Below the pieces are notes generated by a model. The model saw only the letters and a program-made list of their open reading frames with translations. It ran no database searches and was not told where the DNA came from. From an uncultured Candidatus Binatia bacterium (GTDB taxonomy: Bacteria > Desulfobacterota > Binatia > Bin18): DNA of 64,000 bases. The stretch's first letter is position 1. Each line of letters opens with the position of its first letter. A program made the position numbers and the translations under genes. Where the stretch lies: assembly GCA_965214605.1 (NCBI GenBank), contig OZ243961.1, positions 1,920,001-1,984,000 of the forward strand, written 5' to 3'. Shown here in pieces: positions 29,870 to 40,902 of this stretch.

Positions 29870-30688
29870 TCAGGTTTGGTCTGGCGCAAAAAAGACCAGC
29901 GTCCGGGCTTCGATGCTCTCCCGGGCCCGGGGCATTGGGCGGACTAGTGGGATCAATAAACCCGGTGTGAGCTGTAAACCGCGCGCGGCCGTCTTCCATC
30001 GAATCGTAGCCTTTGATCAACGCGACCTCGTTGCGCTGCATGCGTGGAAAGTAAAACCAGCAGTGACGAGGGGTAAAGCTCACCCGGTAGGTTTCACCGA
30101 CGCGGTGGCGCAGCTCAGCCGCCACAAAGTCCTTTTGGTCCATGCTCTGTGCGTCGCACAGAGCTAGTGGGCTCTCCTCCACCGGCCCCAGGATCGGCCG
30201 CCACACGTTGATCTGGGCAAAGCGGTGCTGGAGGCGCAGCCCAGCCTCCTCGGCCTCCACTAAATCCCGTACGCGTTGGGGACCGGAATGCACGGGGTAG
30301 TCGTTGTGGGCCAAGAGGCCAGGTTTGCGGGCGTCGTTTTCCCCACGCCCGGCCATTGGGGTGCAGCGCACGTTGTGGTCAAACACCAGCACTTCGACCG
30401 CCCCGGCGACGTCCTTGACCAACTGCTCCACCTCTGGATAGTAGACGGCCCGGACCTCCGCGGCGGCGTAAAAATTTACCATCTTGCTACTGTGGTCGGT
30501 CAGGATGAAGCCCTGCTTGTCCAAAGACAGCTGGTCCAGAATGGCCGGGCCGTTCTGGACAGGCATGGTGTGGTGGGTATATTTGCCGGACTGCTGAGGG
30601 ACGCCTGGGGGTGGCGGATAGGCATAGTTGACCGGCTTCTCTCCTGTGTCCCAAAATAATGCAATTCGGCCATACCGGCCTCGCTCAT
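29870..30688 (-). pseudogene. CmcJ/NvfI-family oxidoreductase with two frameshifts
   Basis: Core YYPEVE..FDHNVR..AHND..INVWRP..PLALCD..AHTGF; N-terminal part (DTGEKPVNYAYPPP) and C-terminal RESIEARTLVFF are reached only by frameshifts near 30652 and 29928. Confidence 0.78.
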
Positions 30689-30826
30689 CTTTCGTCAGGT
30701 TCCTGAGTCTGGATCAGCCAGATTGTGGGCCCGCCAGAGCCTGTGTGTCAACACAATCCCAGGGCTGCTGTATCTTGACTTGTTTCGGCTCAGGATTCTA
30801 GAGTGCGACAGGCAAAGGAGGAAGCT

Positions 30827-31774
30827 ATGGCAGTCGAGAAAGTTGATGCAAAAGTCGAAGACGTAATCTCTCTCAACGCCGAGATTGAGTGGTTGGGTAA
30901 GGGCTACGGTGGTTTTGACGAAAACGGCAAGATCCGGGGTGTGGCCGAGGGTCCGGTGTGGTGGAAGGCTGGCGGCTGGTGGGATGAGGGAGGATTTTTG
31001 CTGTTTAGCGATAACGCCACCAACAAGCGCTACAAGTGGCAGGAAGGCCAAGGCGTCAGCCTCTACAAAGAGCCGACCAACGATGCCAACGGCCTGACCC
31101 GTGACCGTCAAGGCCGACTCATCGCTTGTGAACACGCCAGCCGCCAAGTGACCCGAGAAGAGCTCGACGGCAGCATGACCGTTGTGGCGAACAATTACCG
31201 CGGCCAGCGCTTGAATCGTCCCAACGATGTGGTGGTCAAGTCCGATGGGGCGATCTATTTTACCGACCCGGTCACTCTCGGCGTTCAACCCGAACTTGAC
31301 TTTGCCGGCGTGTACCGTGTTTCGCCCGACCTGGGCCTGATCAATCTGCTGGTGCGTGACTTTGTCTTACCCAACGGCCTGGCCTTCTCTGTGGACGAGA
31401 AAACACTATACATCAACGACTCTCTCAGACGCCATATCCGGGCCTTTGATCTGGACGTAATGTGGGACTCAGGCATGTTGAATTTGGCCTCAGATCGGGT
31501 CTTCTGTGACATGAGCGCTGACCCTCGTCCGGGCGCTCCGGACGGTATGAAGGTCGATGTGGAGGGCAACGTCTACTGTACCGGCCCAGGCGGTATCTGG
31601 ATCATGGATTCCTCGGGTAAGCACCTGGGCACGATTCCGAGCGGCGGCAAGCATGTCACAAATGTATGCTTTGGCGGGGACGACTGGAAGACATTGTTCC
31701 TCACGACCTTTGGAGAGATGGGTCGGATTCCGGTTAAAATTCCGGGTATTCCGGTTCCCAGAGGCGAGGCGTAA
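30827..31774 (+). CDS. SMP-30/gluconolactonase family protein
   Basis: EGPVW, LNRPNDVVV, PNGLAFS, PDGMKVD, TNVCFGG. Confidence 0.93.
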   Translation: MAVEKVDAKVEDVISLNAEIEWLGKGYGGFDENGKIRGVAEGPVWWKAGGWWDEGGFLLFSDNATNKRYKWQEGQGVSLYKEPTNDANGLTRDRQGRLIACEHASRQVTREELDGSMTVVANNYRGQRLNRPNDVVVKSDGAIYFTDPVTLGVQPELDFAGVYRVSPDLGLINLLVRDFVLPNGLAFSVDEKTLYINDSLRRHIRAFDLDVMWDSGMLNLASDRVFCDMSADPRPGAPDGMKVDVEGNVYCTGPGGIWIMDSSGKHLGTIPSGGKHVTNVCFGGDDWKTLFLTTFGEMGRIPVKIPGIPVPRGEA

Positions 31775-32029
31775 GTCGGACCACACAAGCCACAGGGCGG
31801 GCAGCTCTCACTCGCCCCGTCACTTGAACCGGCAAAAACCCCGAATTAACGAGTGTCCAGGCGAGACCTAGTCTCGGAAGATGAAGCCAAGAGAGTCATC
31901 CTAAATGGGCGATGGGGAATGAACTATGGGGCCACGCTTCGATCCAGCCGGGGCACCCAGGTTTTAGACTGAGCCCGATCACTTCATTTCCGCTCCGCGG
32001 CCTGGAGACGTCCTCCCCCAATCTGAACG

Positions 32030-32739
32030 GTTTGAAAGACTCCACGAGTACGACACCCCGTTCATTACCACCTTTCTGGCCATCTATCTCGACAACAGAG
32101 ACTATCTGGCTTGATACAACCCATGGGCCGAAAATTGCTATGGACACGTCCATCCGCATGTATACATCCGAAATGAGGCCGCACGGGCGGCTCTGCGGTC
32201 ACTAGTGTCCTTGGTCTGCTGACCCTACCTACTCGCGCATGGCTTTTCTGAACGTGGTTGACGGCTTGGACGCTTCGCCAAAACCGACGGTTCTCATCCT
32301 CCAGCAGAAATTTCCCCTCACTTGGCCAATTAAGGGAGGGCTGGCCCTCAGCATCATGACACCGGCAACGCCGGCGGTCGGCTGTCTCGGTGTTATCTCC
32401 GACGGGCCGCCGCGTGACATTGATGCCATCCGCCCGCTGGAGACTGAGCGAGGTGAACGTCAGAGCCGGAACAATGGCCGTGCAGACGGTCAACGTCCTA
32501 GCCAGCGTCACCGACATGGACATGGCTCCAGCTGAGCCGCTCCAGAGTTAGGGATGAGAACGGGCCGCGCAAGCTTCCGGCCGACCCCCCCCCCGGCCGC
32601 CGTCCTGACCAAGGTCCGTGCGCTACTGGCTGAGGAGGGCCTTCGTATCGCGGCTCTACAGAAAGCCATAAACTCGGCCGAAGGCCGAGCTGCTTTCGTC
32701 AACCAGAGCTATGCCTCGGATAAAAACCCGCGCCCATAG
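32030..32739 (+). pseudogene. Degraded RraA/demethylmenaquinone-methyltransferase-family gene
   Basis: Fragments across frames: EYDTPFITT..YNPWAEN, DPTYSRMAFLNVVDGLDASPKPTVLILQQKFP, AVGCLGVISDGPPRDIDAIRPL, DENGPRKLPAD, with stops and shifts between them. Confidence 0.65.
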
Positions 32740-32808
32740 CGGGGTCTTCCGTGTGCCATTGGTGAACGCTATACAAGGCATACACGCCGGGGAAAGGAGG
32801 GACCCCTT

Positions 32809-34056
32809 ATGCTGAATCCTTACCGGGTTCTTGACCTGACAACTGAGCGGGGCTTGCTGTGCGGCCAGATTCTGGGTGACCTGGGTGCCGATGTGATTAA
32901 AGTCGAGCCCCCGGGCGGCTCACCTGCCCGTCACCTTGGACCGTTTTATCAGGACCGGCCGGATCCAAACACATCCCTGTTGTGGTGGGCCTATAACCGC
33001 AACAAACGCAGTATAACGCTGGATATCACAACGGCCGAAGGCAAGGATATTCTGCGCCGTTTGGTCAAAAGCGCCCACTTTTTTATCGAATCTGACATGC
33101 CCGGCACGTTGGCAGAGCTCGGCCTGGGCTACTCCGAGCTGGCAGCCGACAATGCCCGCCTGATTTATGTTTCGATCACCCCCTTCGGCCAGGACGGCCC
33201 CAAGGCTAGCTATGCCGACAGCGATTTGGTTATCCTGGCGGCCGGCGGTCCGCTGATTCTGACCGGTGACGATGACCGGCCTCCGGTCCGACTCAGCGTG
33301 CCTCAGGCGTATCCTCACGCCAGCGCTGCCGCAGCCGCGGCGGCCATGATTGCTCTGTACGAATCCCTGCACTCCGGTCAGGGACAGCACCTCGATATCT
33401 CAGCCCAACAGGCGGTTGCCCAGGCTACTCAGTCGACTCTGCTGGCAGCTCCCTTAGGTGATGCCGACTCGCGGCGTATGGCGGGCGGGGCGAAGCTCGG
33501 CAACATTCCGATCCGCCTCATTTGGCCTGCCAAGGACGGCCATGTAGCGATTACCTACCTGTTTGGCTCGGCCATCGCCCATTTTACCCAGCGCTTCATG
33601 AACTGGATCTGTGAAGAGGGCTTTTGCGATGAAGCCACCCGCGATAAAGATTGGGTTGGCTACGGTAGCTATCTGTTCAGCGGCAGCCAAGAGGCGATTG
33701 ACGACTATATCGGCCTGACTAAGCTGGTAGAACGATTCACCACCAGCAAAACCAAGGCCGAGTTGTTAGAAGGCGCGCTCGCCCGCGGCCTGTTGATCGC
33801 ACCTATCACCACGACCGAAGAAGTTGTCCACAGCCCGCAACTTGTTGCACGCGAATACTGGCAGACGCTGGATCATCCAGAGCTGGGGCAGAGCTTCAGC
33901 TACCCAGGGCCGTTTGCCAAGTTCAGCGCCTCTCCGATTACCTACCGACGTCGTCCGCCAACGGTGGGCGAACATAACACCGAGATATATCTCGACGAAT
34001 TGGGCTTCAGTCAGCAGCAGCTGGCTGACCTCACCACACGGGGGATTATCACATGA
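32809..34056 (+). CDS. Family III CoA transferase, subunit A of a tandem pair
   Basis: RVLDLT..LGDLGADVIKVEPPGG, NRNKRSITLD, SITPFGQDGP. Confidence 0.92.
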   Translation: MLNPYRVLDLTTERGLLCGQILGDLGADVIKVEPPGGSPARHLGPFYQDRPDPNTSLLWWAYNRNKRSITLDITTAEGKDILRRLVKSAHFFIESDMPGTLAELGLGYSELAADNARLIYVSITPFGQDGPKASYADSDLVILAAGGPLILTGDDDRPPVRLSVPQAYPHASAAAAAAAMIALYESLHSGQGQHLDISAQQAVAQATQSTLLAAPLGDADSRRMAGGAKLGNIPIRLIWPAKDGHVAITYLFGSAIAHFTQRFMNWICEEGFCDEATRDKDWVGYGSYLFSGSQEAIDDYIGLTKLVERFTTSKTKAELLEGALARGLLIAPITTTEEVVHSPQLVAREYWQTLDHPELGQSFSYPGPFAKFSASPITYRRRPPTVGEHNTEIYLDELGFSQQQLADLTTRGIIT

Positions 34057-35270
34057 CACGCACCGATGCACTGGCCGGGGTCAACATCTTAGACTTCATG
34101 TGGGCGATCGCCGGGCCGGCCTCGACGCGCATTTTAGCCGATTACGGCGCGACGGTCGTGCGGGTCGAGAGTACCACCCGCTTTGACGCGGTACGGACTG
34201 TCGGGCCGTTTCAGAGAGGCAAACCGGGCCTTGAAAACGCCGGCCTGTTCTACAACATGAACGCTGGAAAGCTGCCGATTACCCTGGATTTATCCAAGGA
34301 CGCCGCCCGCGAGGTCGTTCTCGACCTTGTCCGTTGGGCCGATGTGGTAACCGAATCCTTCTCTCCCAAGACCATGAAAGCCTGGGGCTTTGACTATGAG
34401 TCTCTGCGTCACATCAAACCCGACATCATTATGCTGAGCACCTGTCTGATGGGACAGACCGGACCCAGGGCCAATTTTGCCGGTTTTGGCAATTTGGCAG
34501 CTGCCATCTCGGGTTTCTTTCATCCCACCGGCTGGCCAGACCGACCGCCAGCCGGCCCATTTGGAGCCTATACCGACTATATTGCGCCGTGGTACAACGC
34601 CACCGCCATCATGGCCGCCCTCACCCATAAACACCACACCGGCGAGGGGCAGCATATTGATCTGTCCCAGGCTGAAGCCGCGCTGCAGTTTCTCGGTCCC
34701 GCCCTCCTGGATTATACCGCCAATGGGCGTATCGAGGGGCCGGCTGGCAACAGCGACCAGAACTTTGCCCCGCACGGCGTCTACCCTGCGCGTGGCCAGG
34801 ATCGTTGGATAGCTATCGGGGTGAAAAACGATCAACAGTGGCAATCGCTGTGTATGGTCATTGGTCGTCCAGAGCTGACCACCGACGTCCGGTTTGCCAC
34901 CCGAACAGCACGGCTGGCCGGGCAGGACGAGTTAGACAGCCTGATTGTCGACTGGACCGCCCAGCACGATATGTTTGAGGCTGAGACCATCCTCCAGAAT
35001 CATAACGTACCGGCCAGTGCGCTGCGCAGCATCCGTGAGCTCTACAACGACCCCCAGCTCCGGCAGCGGCAACACTTCGTCGAGCTATCGCATCCCAAAC
35101 ATGGCACCACTACTGTAGAGGGCTCGCGCTTCAAATTTTCCCGCACCCCGGCCCGCGTGGAGGGCGCTGCACCAACTCTCGGTCGCGAAAACTCGTACGT
35201 ACTAGAAACAATTCTGGGCTACGACCAGAAACGGATTACCGAACTCGTCGCAATCGGTGTGTTGGAGTAG
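34053..35270 (+). CDS. Family III CoA transferase, subunit B of a tandem pair
   Basis: ATGA overlap with the upstream gene; LDFMWAIAGP..LADYGATVVRVE, GAYTD, APHGVYP. Confidence 0.92.
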   Translation: MTRTDALAGVNILDFMWAIAGPASTRILADYGATVVRVESTTRFDAVRTVGPFQRGKPGLENAGLFYNMNAGKLPITLDLSKDAAREVVLDLVRWADVVTESFSPKTMKAWGFDYESLRHIKPDIIMLSTCLMGQTGPRANFAGFGNLAAAISGFFHPTGWPDRPPAGPFGAYTDYIAPWYNATAIMAALTHKHHTGEGQHIDLSQAEAALQFLGPALLDYTANGRIEGPAGNSDQNFAPHGVYPARGQDRWIAIGVKNDQQWQSLCMVIGRPELTTDVRFATRTARLAGQDELDSLIVDWTAQHDMFEAETILQNHNVPASALRSIRELYNDPQLRQRQHFVELSHPKHGTTTVEGSRFKFSRTPARVEGAAPTLGRENSYVLETILGYDQKRITELVAIGVLE

Positions 35271-35330
35271 ACTGAGCATCCGCGTTGCGACACAGGACAA
35301 GACATTTCAGGAAAGACAAGGAGACCACCC

Positions 35331-36701
35331 ATGGGCTATGCCGCTCCACCAACCGACCTGCCCCGCTGCCCAGGCCCCTCGATGCAAGACATTCTCAGAG
35401 CCGACGCCGAACCTGTGCTATCGGTTCTCCAAGAACAGGGCTTTCTTGAGCTGGGAGACGCCGAGTTGCCCGTTGAGCGCTACACCTCGCAAGAATTCCA
35501 CAAGCGTGAAATACACAAGATGTGGCGCAAAGTCTGGCAGATGGCGTGCCGCTTAGAACAGATTCCTCAGACCGGCGACCATTGTGTATATGAAATCGGT
35601 GACGATAGCCTCATCGTCACCCGCGTCAGCCAGACCGAAATCAAAGCCTTCTACAACGCCTGTCTCCATCGCGGCACCCGGCTTCGTGACAAAGGCGGTT
35701 GTGTCCAAGCCTTTCGGTGTCCATTCCACGGGTTTACCTGGGGTCTGGATGGCAGACTCAAAGGCGTGCCGTGCCGCTGGGATTTTCCGACCATCAAAGA
35801 CGACGAATTCCGCTTACCCGAGGCCAAGGTGGCGGTCTGGAACGGCTTTGTCTTTATCAATATGGACCCCGACGCGATCCCGCTCATCGACTACCTCGGA
35901 GACGTGGCCCGACATTTCAGCCACTGGCCCCTGGAGGACCGTTACCTGGAGGCGCATGTCGGCAAAATCGTCAGAGCCAACTGGAAAGTCGCGCAAGAAG
36001 CGTTTATGGAAGCGTTTCACGTTCTTGATACCCATCCCGAGATCGGCTCGAGTCTGGGCGACTGGAACGCCCAGTACGATGTCTACCCCGGCGGCCATAG
36101 CCGTTTGTACAACGCTATGTATGTGCCTAGCCCGAGTGCCCGGCGGCGCGGCGTGTCCGAGCAGGAAGTCGCCGATGAAGGCACGACCATGCTAGGCTTC
36201 GATAGGGTCACCGTATCCGAGGGAGCAAGCGCCCGGGCAGCCATTACTGACCAGTATCGTCATGTCTTAGAGCAAAAGACCGGGGCCGATCTGTCGGGTA
36301 TGACAACAACGGAGATGGTGGACCTGATCCAGTACTTCGTGTTCCCCAACTTTTTTCCATGGGCTGGTCTGGGCGGGCCATTGGTGTACCGCTTCCGGCC
36401 TAACGGGCACGATCCAGACTCGTGCCTGATGGAGGTCATGCTGCTCTACCCCCGCCCGAACAACAGGGCGTGTCCGCCGCCGGCTCAACTGCGGATGCTC
36501 GGTCCGAATGAATCCTGGTCCGACGCACCCGAGCTGGGTACCCTAGGCTCGATCTTCGACCAGGACACGGCCAATATGCCGCGTGTCCAGGCCGGGCTCA
36601 AAACCACCCGTCGCTCAGGCGTTGTCCTGGGCCATTATCAGGAGAGCCGGATTCGGTATATGCACCACGTATTGGATCAATATTTGAACGCGGCAGACTA
36701 A
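35331..36701 (+). CDS. Rieske aromatic-ring-hydroxylating oxygenase alpha subunit
   Basis: CLHRG...CPFHG Rieske motif; NWK..EAFMEAFHV..TH mononuclear Fe site; DQDTANM. Confidence 0.92.
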   Translation: MGYAAPPTDLPRCPGPSMQDILRADAEPVLSVLQEQGFLELGDAELPVERYTSQEFHKREIHKMWRKVWQMACRLEQIPQTGDHCVYEIGDDSLIVTRVSQTEIKAFYNACLHRGTRLRDKGGCVQAFRCPFHGFTWGLDGRLKGVPCRWDFPTIKDDEFRLPEAKVAVWNGFVFINMDPDAIPLIDYLGDVARHFSHWPLEDRYLEAHVGKIVRANWKVAQEAFMEAFHVLDTHPEIGSSLGDWNAQYDVYPGGHSRLYNAMYVPSPSARRRGVSEQEVADEGTTMLGFDRVTVSEGASARAAITDQYRHVLEQKTGADLSGMTTTEMVDLIQYFVFPNFFPWAGLGGPLVYRFRPNGHDPDSCLMEVMLLYPRPNNRACPPPAQLRMLGPNESWSDAPELGTLGSIFDQDTANMPRVQAGLKTTRRSGVVLGHYQESRIRYMHHVLDQYLNAAD

Positions 36702-37106
36702 ATTGGGCAGGCCAGTCTTTCAGGGTCGGTTGTGGAAAACGGTAGCGCTTTCTGTGAGGAGCCAACGCGGTAAGGCCAATGACAATTTTCCGGGGGACCT
36801 ATCTCTCGCCCGGATACCTCTCTACCGTTTTCGAGCCGCTGGAAGATCTGTGTCAATTCGCAGCAGGCGCCGTTGCAGGCGCCGTTACTGTTGATTTTCC
36901 CGCCCAATTCACTCCCCCAAGGGCAGAGTATCTGCAAAGGTGTGAATTGACACGGAGGGCCTGAAGGCCAGCATTGGGAATCGTCAGGCAGGCGAGCGCA
37001 TGACTCTTCTGGTTCCACAACAGACCAAGTCGCCTGCCCAGATTATTGATCCTGAAGTGAAAAGCTGAGGATAGAGTTCAGATCCTCTCCCCCCCAGCTC
37101 ACCGGT

Positions 37107-37400
37107 CTAGCGATACAGATAGGACCGATTCAGGCTAGCGTGGTTCTGTTCGACAATTCTGGTCGCGGCGTCAAAGTCTCGCTCCCGACCAACCTGAAGT
37201 TTCACAGGTCCTCCGGGGCGAAGAACCATAAAGAGAGACCCGGCAAAGGTCTCCTGACAGCGGCGCATCGCGTTGCGATCATCGACATCGCGGAGACGGA
37301 GAAAGTCCACGTGCAGATTTTCCATTCAACAGCGAACCTTCAGACCACGCAGAAGCGGGTTCAGGTCAAGAAACCAAGGCTGAGGCTAGAGGCCTTTTGT
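37107..37400 (-). pseudogene. Possible nucleotidyltransferase-like remnant
   Basis: LNPLLRG..*MENLHVDFLRLRD..KLQVGRERDFDAA resembles the VD..K...GR..D pattern; interrupted. Confidence 0.3.
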
Positions 37401-37725
37401 CCCCAGGCCGATCAAATGGTGAAAAGAGCGCCTCGGATGCTGGTGTTCAAACCGGGTGCGTTCACACAGGGAGCGTGTCCTGCGCAGTCTCAAATTTTGC
37501 GCTGCGGGGCTTCCGGATACCGACGCCGAAACGACTATTCAAACGCCTCGAGCCCTCCGACGATCAGCGTCGTAAGCAACTCGTCCTGTTCCGCGGACCG
37601 AGGTGGAATTTGAGCGTGCCGGGTTTTCTGTGTGAGCGTACTTTGCACCAGAGTGCGGCCCACCCCCTTGCTATCAGCAGATATCAAAAAAACACCTCCA
37701 GAGCAGATCTTTCGTGCGGAGCCGG

Positions 37726-37819
37726 TGAGCGCTGGACCTCATATCACAAGCCGACGTACCGCTCCTGATTCCAGGCATCAACCTGGTGGCGCTCACCTCT
37801 GAGCGCTGGACCTCATATC
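37726..37819. repeat. 20-bp direct repeat pair, 74-bp period
   Basis: TGAGCGCTGGACCTCATATC at 37726-37745 and 37800-37819. Confidence 0.9.
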
Positions 37820-38044
37820 GCGCCGAGATTCTAGCACCTGCTAGGGGGGGCGTGGTTGATGGAGCCAACTTACTGGCAGGTGATGATTGTGGAGGTAATC
37901 ATCCCCGAAGAGATTGAGACCGCGGTGAAGTTGAGATACCCACTTCCTGGAGGGTGCTGCGGCGGGCATAGCATTCGCCAAGAGTGGGTTACACCTGAGT
38001 ACACCAGCAATGAAGTGAAACGTGAGAGGATGATCTGATGCTGC

Positions 38045-38560
38045 ACCGGAACGTTCACGCCATGTGGCTAGGCGGAAGCTTTACTCGTGGCGAGGACGAC
38101 CCGCCGTAGCAGTGTGGATATGCAGGTTGTGGTCACCCTGGACGATCCTGAGGACTGGCAGGAGTCCGACTGACCCAATCTACTCGGGGAAGCCAAGGGT
38201 GGCCGCTGCGCTTCGCCGAGGCACCCTTATCTGTATCATGTGATCCTCAGCGGAGGAACGATTATTGACTTTTTTGTCCAAACATTAGCCCCTCCTCTAT
38301 CCAGCCAGATACGCCCAGTTCATCATCAACAGCTGTGATGATGCGGCACTGGCCAATCGTATCCGAGCGGCAACCTGGCCCGAGCTATCAGACCTGCTGG
38401 AGGCTAACTCAAAGCCGCAATCGAAGAATTCTGGAGCATCTTTCATAAGCACGACAAAGTCCTGTCTCGCAAACCCGACGTGCGGGCATTGGTCGGCGTA
38501 GAGTTCGAGAGAGTGCTGCTGACGCGCCTATGGCAGGCCTGGCTGACCGGCACCCGGGTA
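38045..38560 (+). pseudogene. Degraded Pol-beta-type nucleotidyltransferase
   Basis: HAMWLGGSFTRGEDDP followed by SVDMQVVV matches GS..RG..D..SD.D; stops and frameshifts follow. Confidence 0.5.
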
Positions 38561-38808
38561 AACACAAGGCAACGATTCACCTGTTCGGCCCCGCTGCCCG
38601 CAAGCCCAGAGCGCTCCCAAAGCGGTGTCTGCTTTTAGCGCTTCTCTAGCCCTCCGCCAGAATATTCGTAAGATGGATTCGTCTGGTCCGAGCGGCTTTA
38701 CCTATATCGGGGAATGAGAACGAGCCGTTTGGCAATCCTGGGCGGCGGGTGGGGTCCTGCTGGGCATCGTGGATCAGACGGAGTAGTATGGCCTCAAAGG
38801 AGCAACCC

Positions 38809-39246
38809 ATGGCAAAGATCAGACATATTGCAATTGCGACCCAAAATGCTAAGGAGACGGCCAAGTTTTATGTTGAGGCGTTTGGCCTGACCCAGATCTC
38901 CAAGATCGAGACTCCTGTTGTATCAGGCGCTTTTCTGACCGATGGGACGATAAATCTGGCGATTCTTGATTTCAAGAACGATCAGATCGCCGGCGCTGAG
39001 CGAGGCAAAGACTGGACTGGCATCCACCACATCGGCTTTGAGGTCGAAAACTTGGAAGAGATCGCTCAGAAACTAGCCACAGCCGGGAGTACGCCCCGCG
39101 AGGACATCAATCAGGTGCTGGGGGGGCTAGCGAGTGGCCGCCGCGGCAACGCTGAGGTGAGGTATAGCGGCCCGGACGGGGTGATGTTTGACGTGTCACA
39201 GACCGGCTGGGTTGGCACCGACCGTCGTCACACAAAGCAATCCTAA
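38809..39246 (+). CDS. VOC/glyoxalase-family protein
   Basis: KIRHIAIAT, LTDGTINLAIL, GIHHIGFEV, GPDGVMFDVS; AAGGAG RBS. Confidence 0.88.
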   Translation: MAKIRHIAIATQNAKETAKFYVEAFGLTQISKIETPVVSGAFLTDGTINLAILDFKNDQIAGAERGKDWTGIHHIGFEVENLEEIAQKLATAGSTPREDINQVLGGLASGRRGNAEVRYSGPDGVMFDVSQTGWVGTDRRHTKQS

Positions 39247-39277
39247 GCAGTCTGGTTATATTAAGGGAGAAGTGTAT

Positions 39278-40123
39278 ATGAACAGCTCTCAGATCGGAGT
39301 GGTGAAAGACTTATTTCGCTATCCAGTAAAATCTATGCTGGGGGAGCGGCTTAGCGAGCTTGACATCGGCACCGCGGGAGTGATTGGAGACCGCGCCTAC
39401 GCTTTGCGCGAGGCCAACGGCCGGGTGGTCACGGCCAAGAAATGGGCCCAGATGTTTGAGTTCTCGGCCCGCTATGAGACCCCACCCACAGCGGCAGACT
39501 TGGCTCCGCTCAGCATCCGCCTGCCGGACGGACGCCAAGTACAGGCCCAGGATCCCGACGCATCGGCCGTGCTGTCGGACGCCCTGGGACGCCAGGTCAT
39601 GCTTGAACGAGCGCAGAGCGAGCAACGCAATAAGGCAGAGATCGATCCGGCGACTATCTTTGGCGGCGTGCCACTTGAGCGGGCTGCCCCCGACTTGGGC
39701 ACCACGGAGTTGCCCGACTTTTTTCCCCTCCCACCCGGGACCTTCTTTGACTCGGCCAGCATTCATATCTTGGCCAGCAGCACCCTAGACCATGTGCGCG
39801 CACTAATTGGCGACGATGCACAGCTTGACGCGCGCCGTTTTCGGCCCAATATCGTTGTTGAGTCCGCTCCCGGACAAGAAGGCTTTGTTGAGGACAGCTG
39901 GCTTGAGGGGAGCCTTGAGATCGGCCAGCAGGTCAGGATCGTCCAGCTCCAGCCGGCCCTGCGGTGCGTGATGACGACCCACCAACAGGCTGAGCTTAGG
40001 CGTGACATGCGGATTCTACGCACGGTCGTTCAGCGGCATCGCAATAAGCTTGGCGTGTTTGCCGCCATTGATACTCCCGGTACAGTCCGGGCCGGCGATC
40101 CGGTTTTCCTGGTCAAAGACTAG
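39278..40123 (+). CDS. MOSC-domain protein
   Basis: LFRYPVKSMLGE, GDRAYAL, RRFRPNIVV, RCVMTT, GTVRAGD. Confidence 0.92.
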   Translation: MNSSQIGVVKDLFRYPVKSMLGERLSELDIGTAGVIGDRAYALREANGRVVTAKKWAQMFEFSARYETPPTAADLAPLSIRLPDGRQVQAQDPDASAVLSDALGRQVMLERAQSEQRNKAEIDPATIFGGVPLERAAPDLGTTELPDFFPLPPGTFFDSASIHILASSTLDHVRALIGDDAQLDARRFRPNIVVESAPGQEGFVEDSWLEGSLEIGQQVRIVQLQPALRCVMTTHQQAELRRDMRILRTVVQRHRNKLGVFAAIDTPGTVRAGDPVFLVKD

Positions 40124-40137
40124 TCTGGCGCAATACT

Positions 40138-40893
40138 ATGGCGACCCATGACGAACCAAGCACTCAGGCCGAACAGATTCGACATGCCAAAATTGATCTG
40201 ACTGCAGCCCTACGCTGGGCGGATCGGCTGGGGCTCAGCGAAGGTATCTGCAATCACTTTAGTCTGGCCGTGCCCGGCACCACAAATCGCTTTTTGCTCA
40301 ACCCTCAGGGCGTACACTGGTCTGAGCTCCGGGTCAGCGACCTGCTTACCGTCGATTCGGCTGGCCATATCGTCGAAGGCCGCGGTCAGACCGAACCGAC
40401 CGCGTTTTTTATTCACTCCCGTATCCATCTCAGCCACCCGTCGGCTCAATGCGTGCTGCACACCCACATGCCCTATGCGGCCGCGCTGTGCGCGCTCAAC
40501 CGCGGCCGTGTTGAGTGGGTCAGCCAGCAGTCGCTCCGTTTCTACGGACGGGTGGCGTATGAACACGAGTACAACGGTCTTGCCCTAGACGAGGCCGAGG
40601 GACAACGGATCAGCACCAAGCTTACAAACAACAAAGTAGTCTTTCTGGCCAACCACGGCGTGATCGTTACCGGTCGGGACGTGGCGACCGCGTTTGACGA
40701 TTTGTACTATCTAGAGCGGGCGTGTATGATTCAGGTCCTGGCTCAGTCAACCGGCCTGCCGCTCAAACGCATCCCTCACGAGATCTGCCTACGCACCCGC
40801 CAGCAGTTCGACACCGAACGCAAACAGGCCCACTCGCATCTGGATTCCATCATCCGGATCTTAGCCCGCGAGACACCCGAGTTTTTAGAATAG
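40138..40893 (+). CDS. Class II aldolase/adducin family protein
   Basis: EGICNHFS, FIHSRIH, CVLHTHMPY, LANHGVIV. Confidence 0.92.
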   Translation: MATHDEPSTQAEQIRHAKIDLTAALRWADRLGLSEGICNHFSLAVPGTTNRFLLNPQGVHWSELRVSDLLTVDSAGHIVEGRGQTEPTAFFIHSRIHLSHPSAQCVLHTHMPYAAALCALNRGRVEWVSQQSLRFYGRVAYEHEYNGLALDEAEGQRISTKLTNNKVVFLANHGVIVTGRDVATAFDDLYYLERACMIQVLAQSTGLPLKRIPHEICLRTRQQFDTERKQAHSHLDSIIRILARETPEFLE

Positions 40894-40902
40894 GGTCTCA
40901 CT

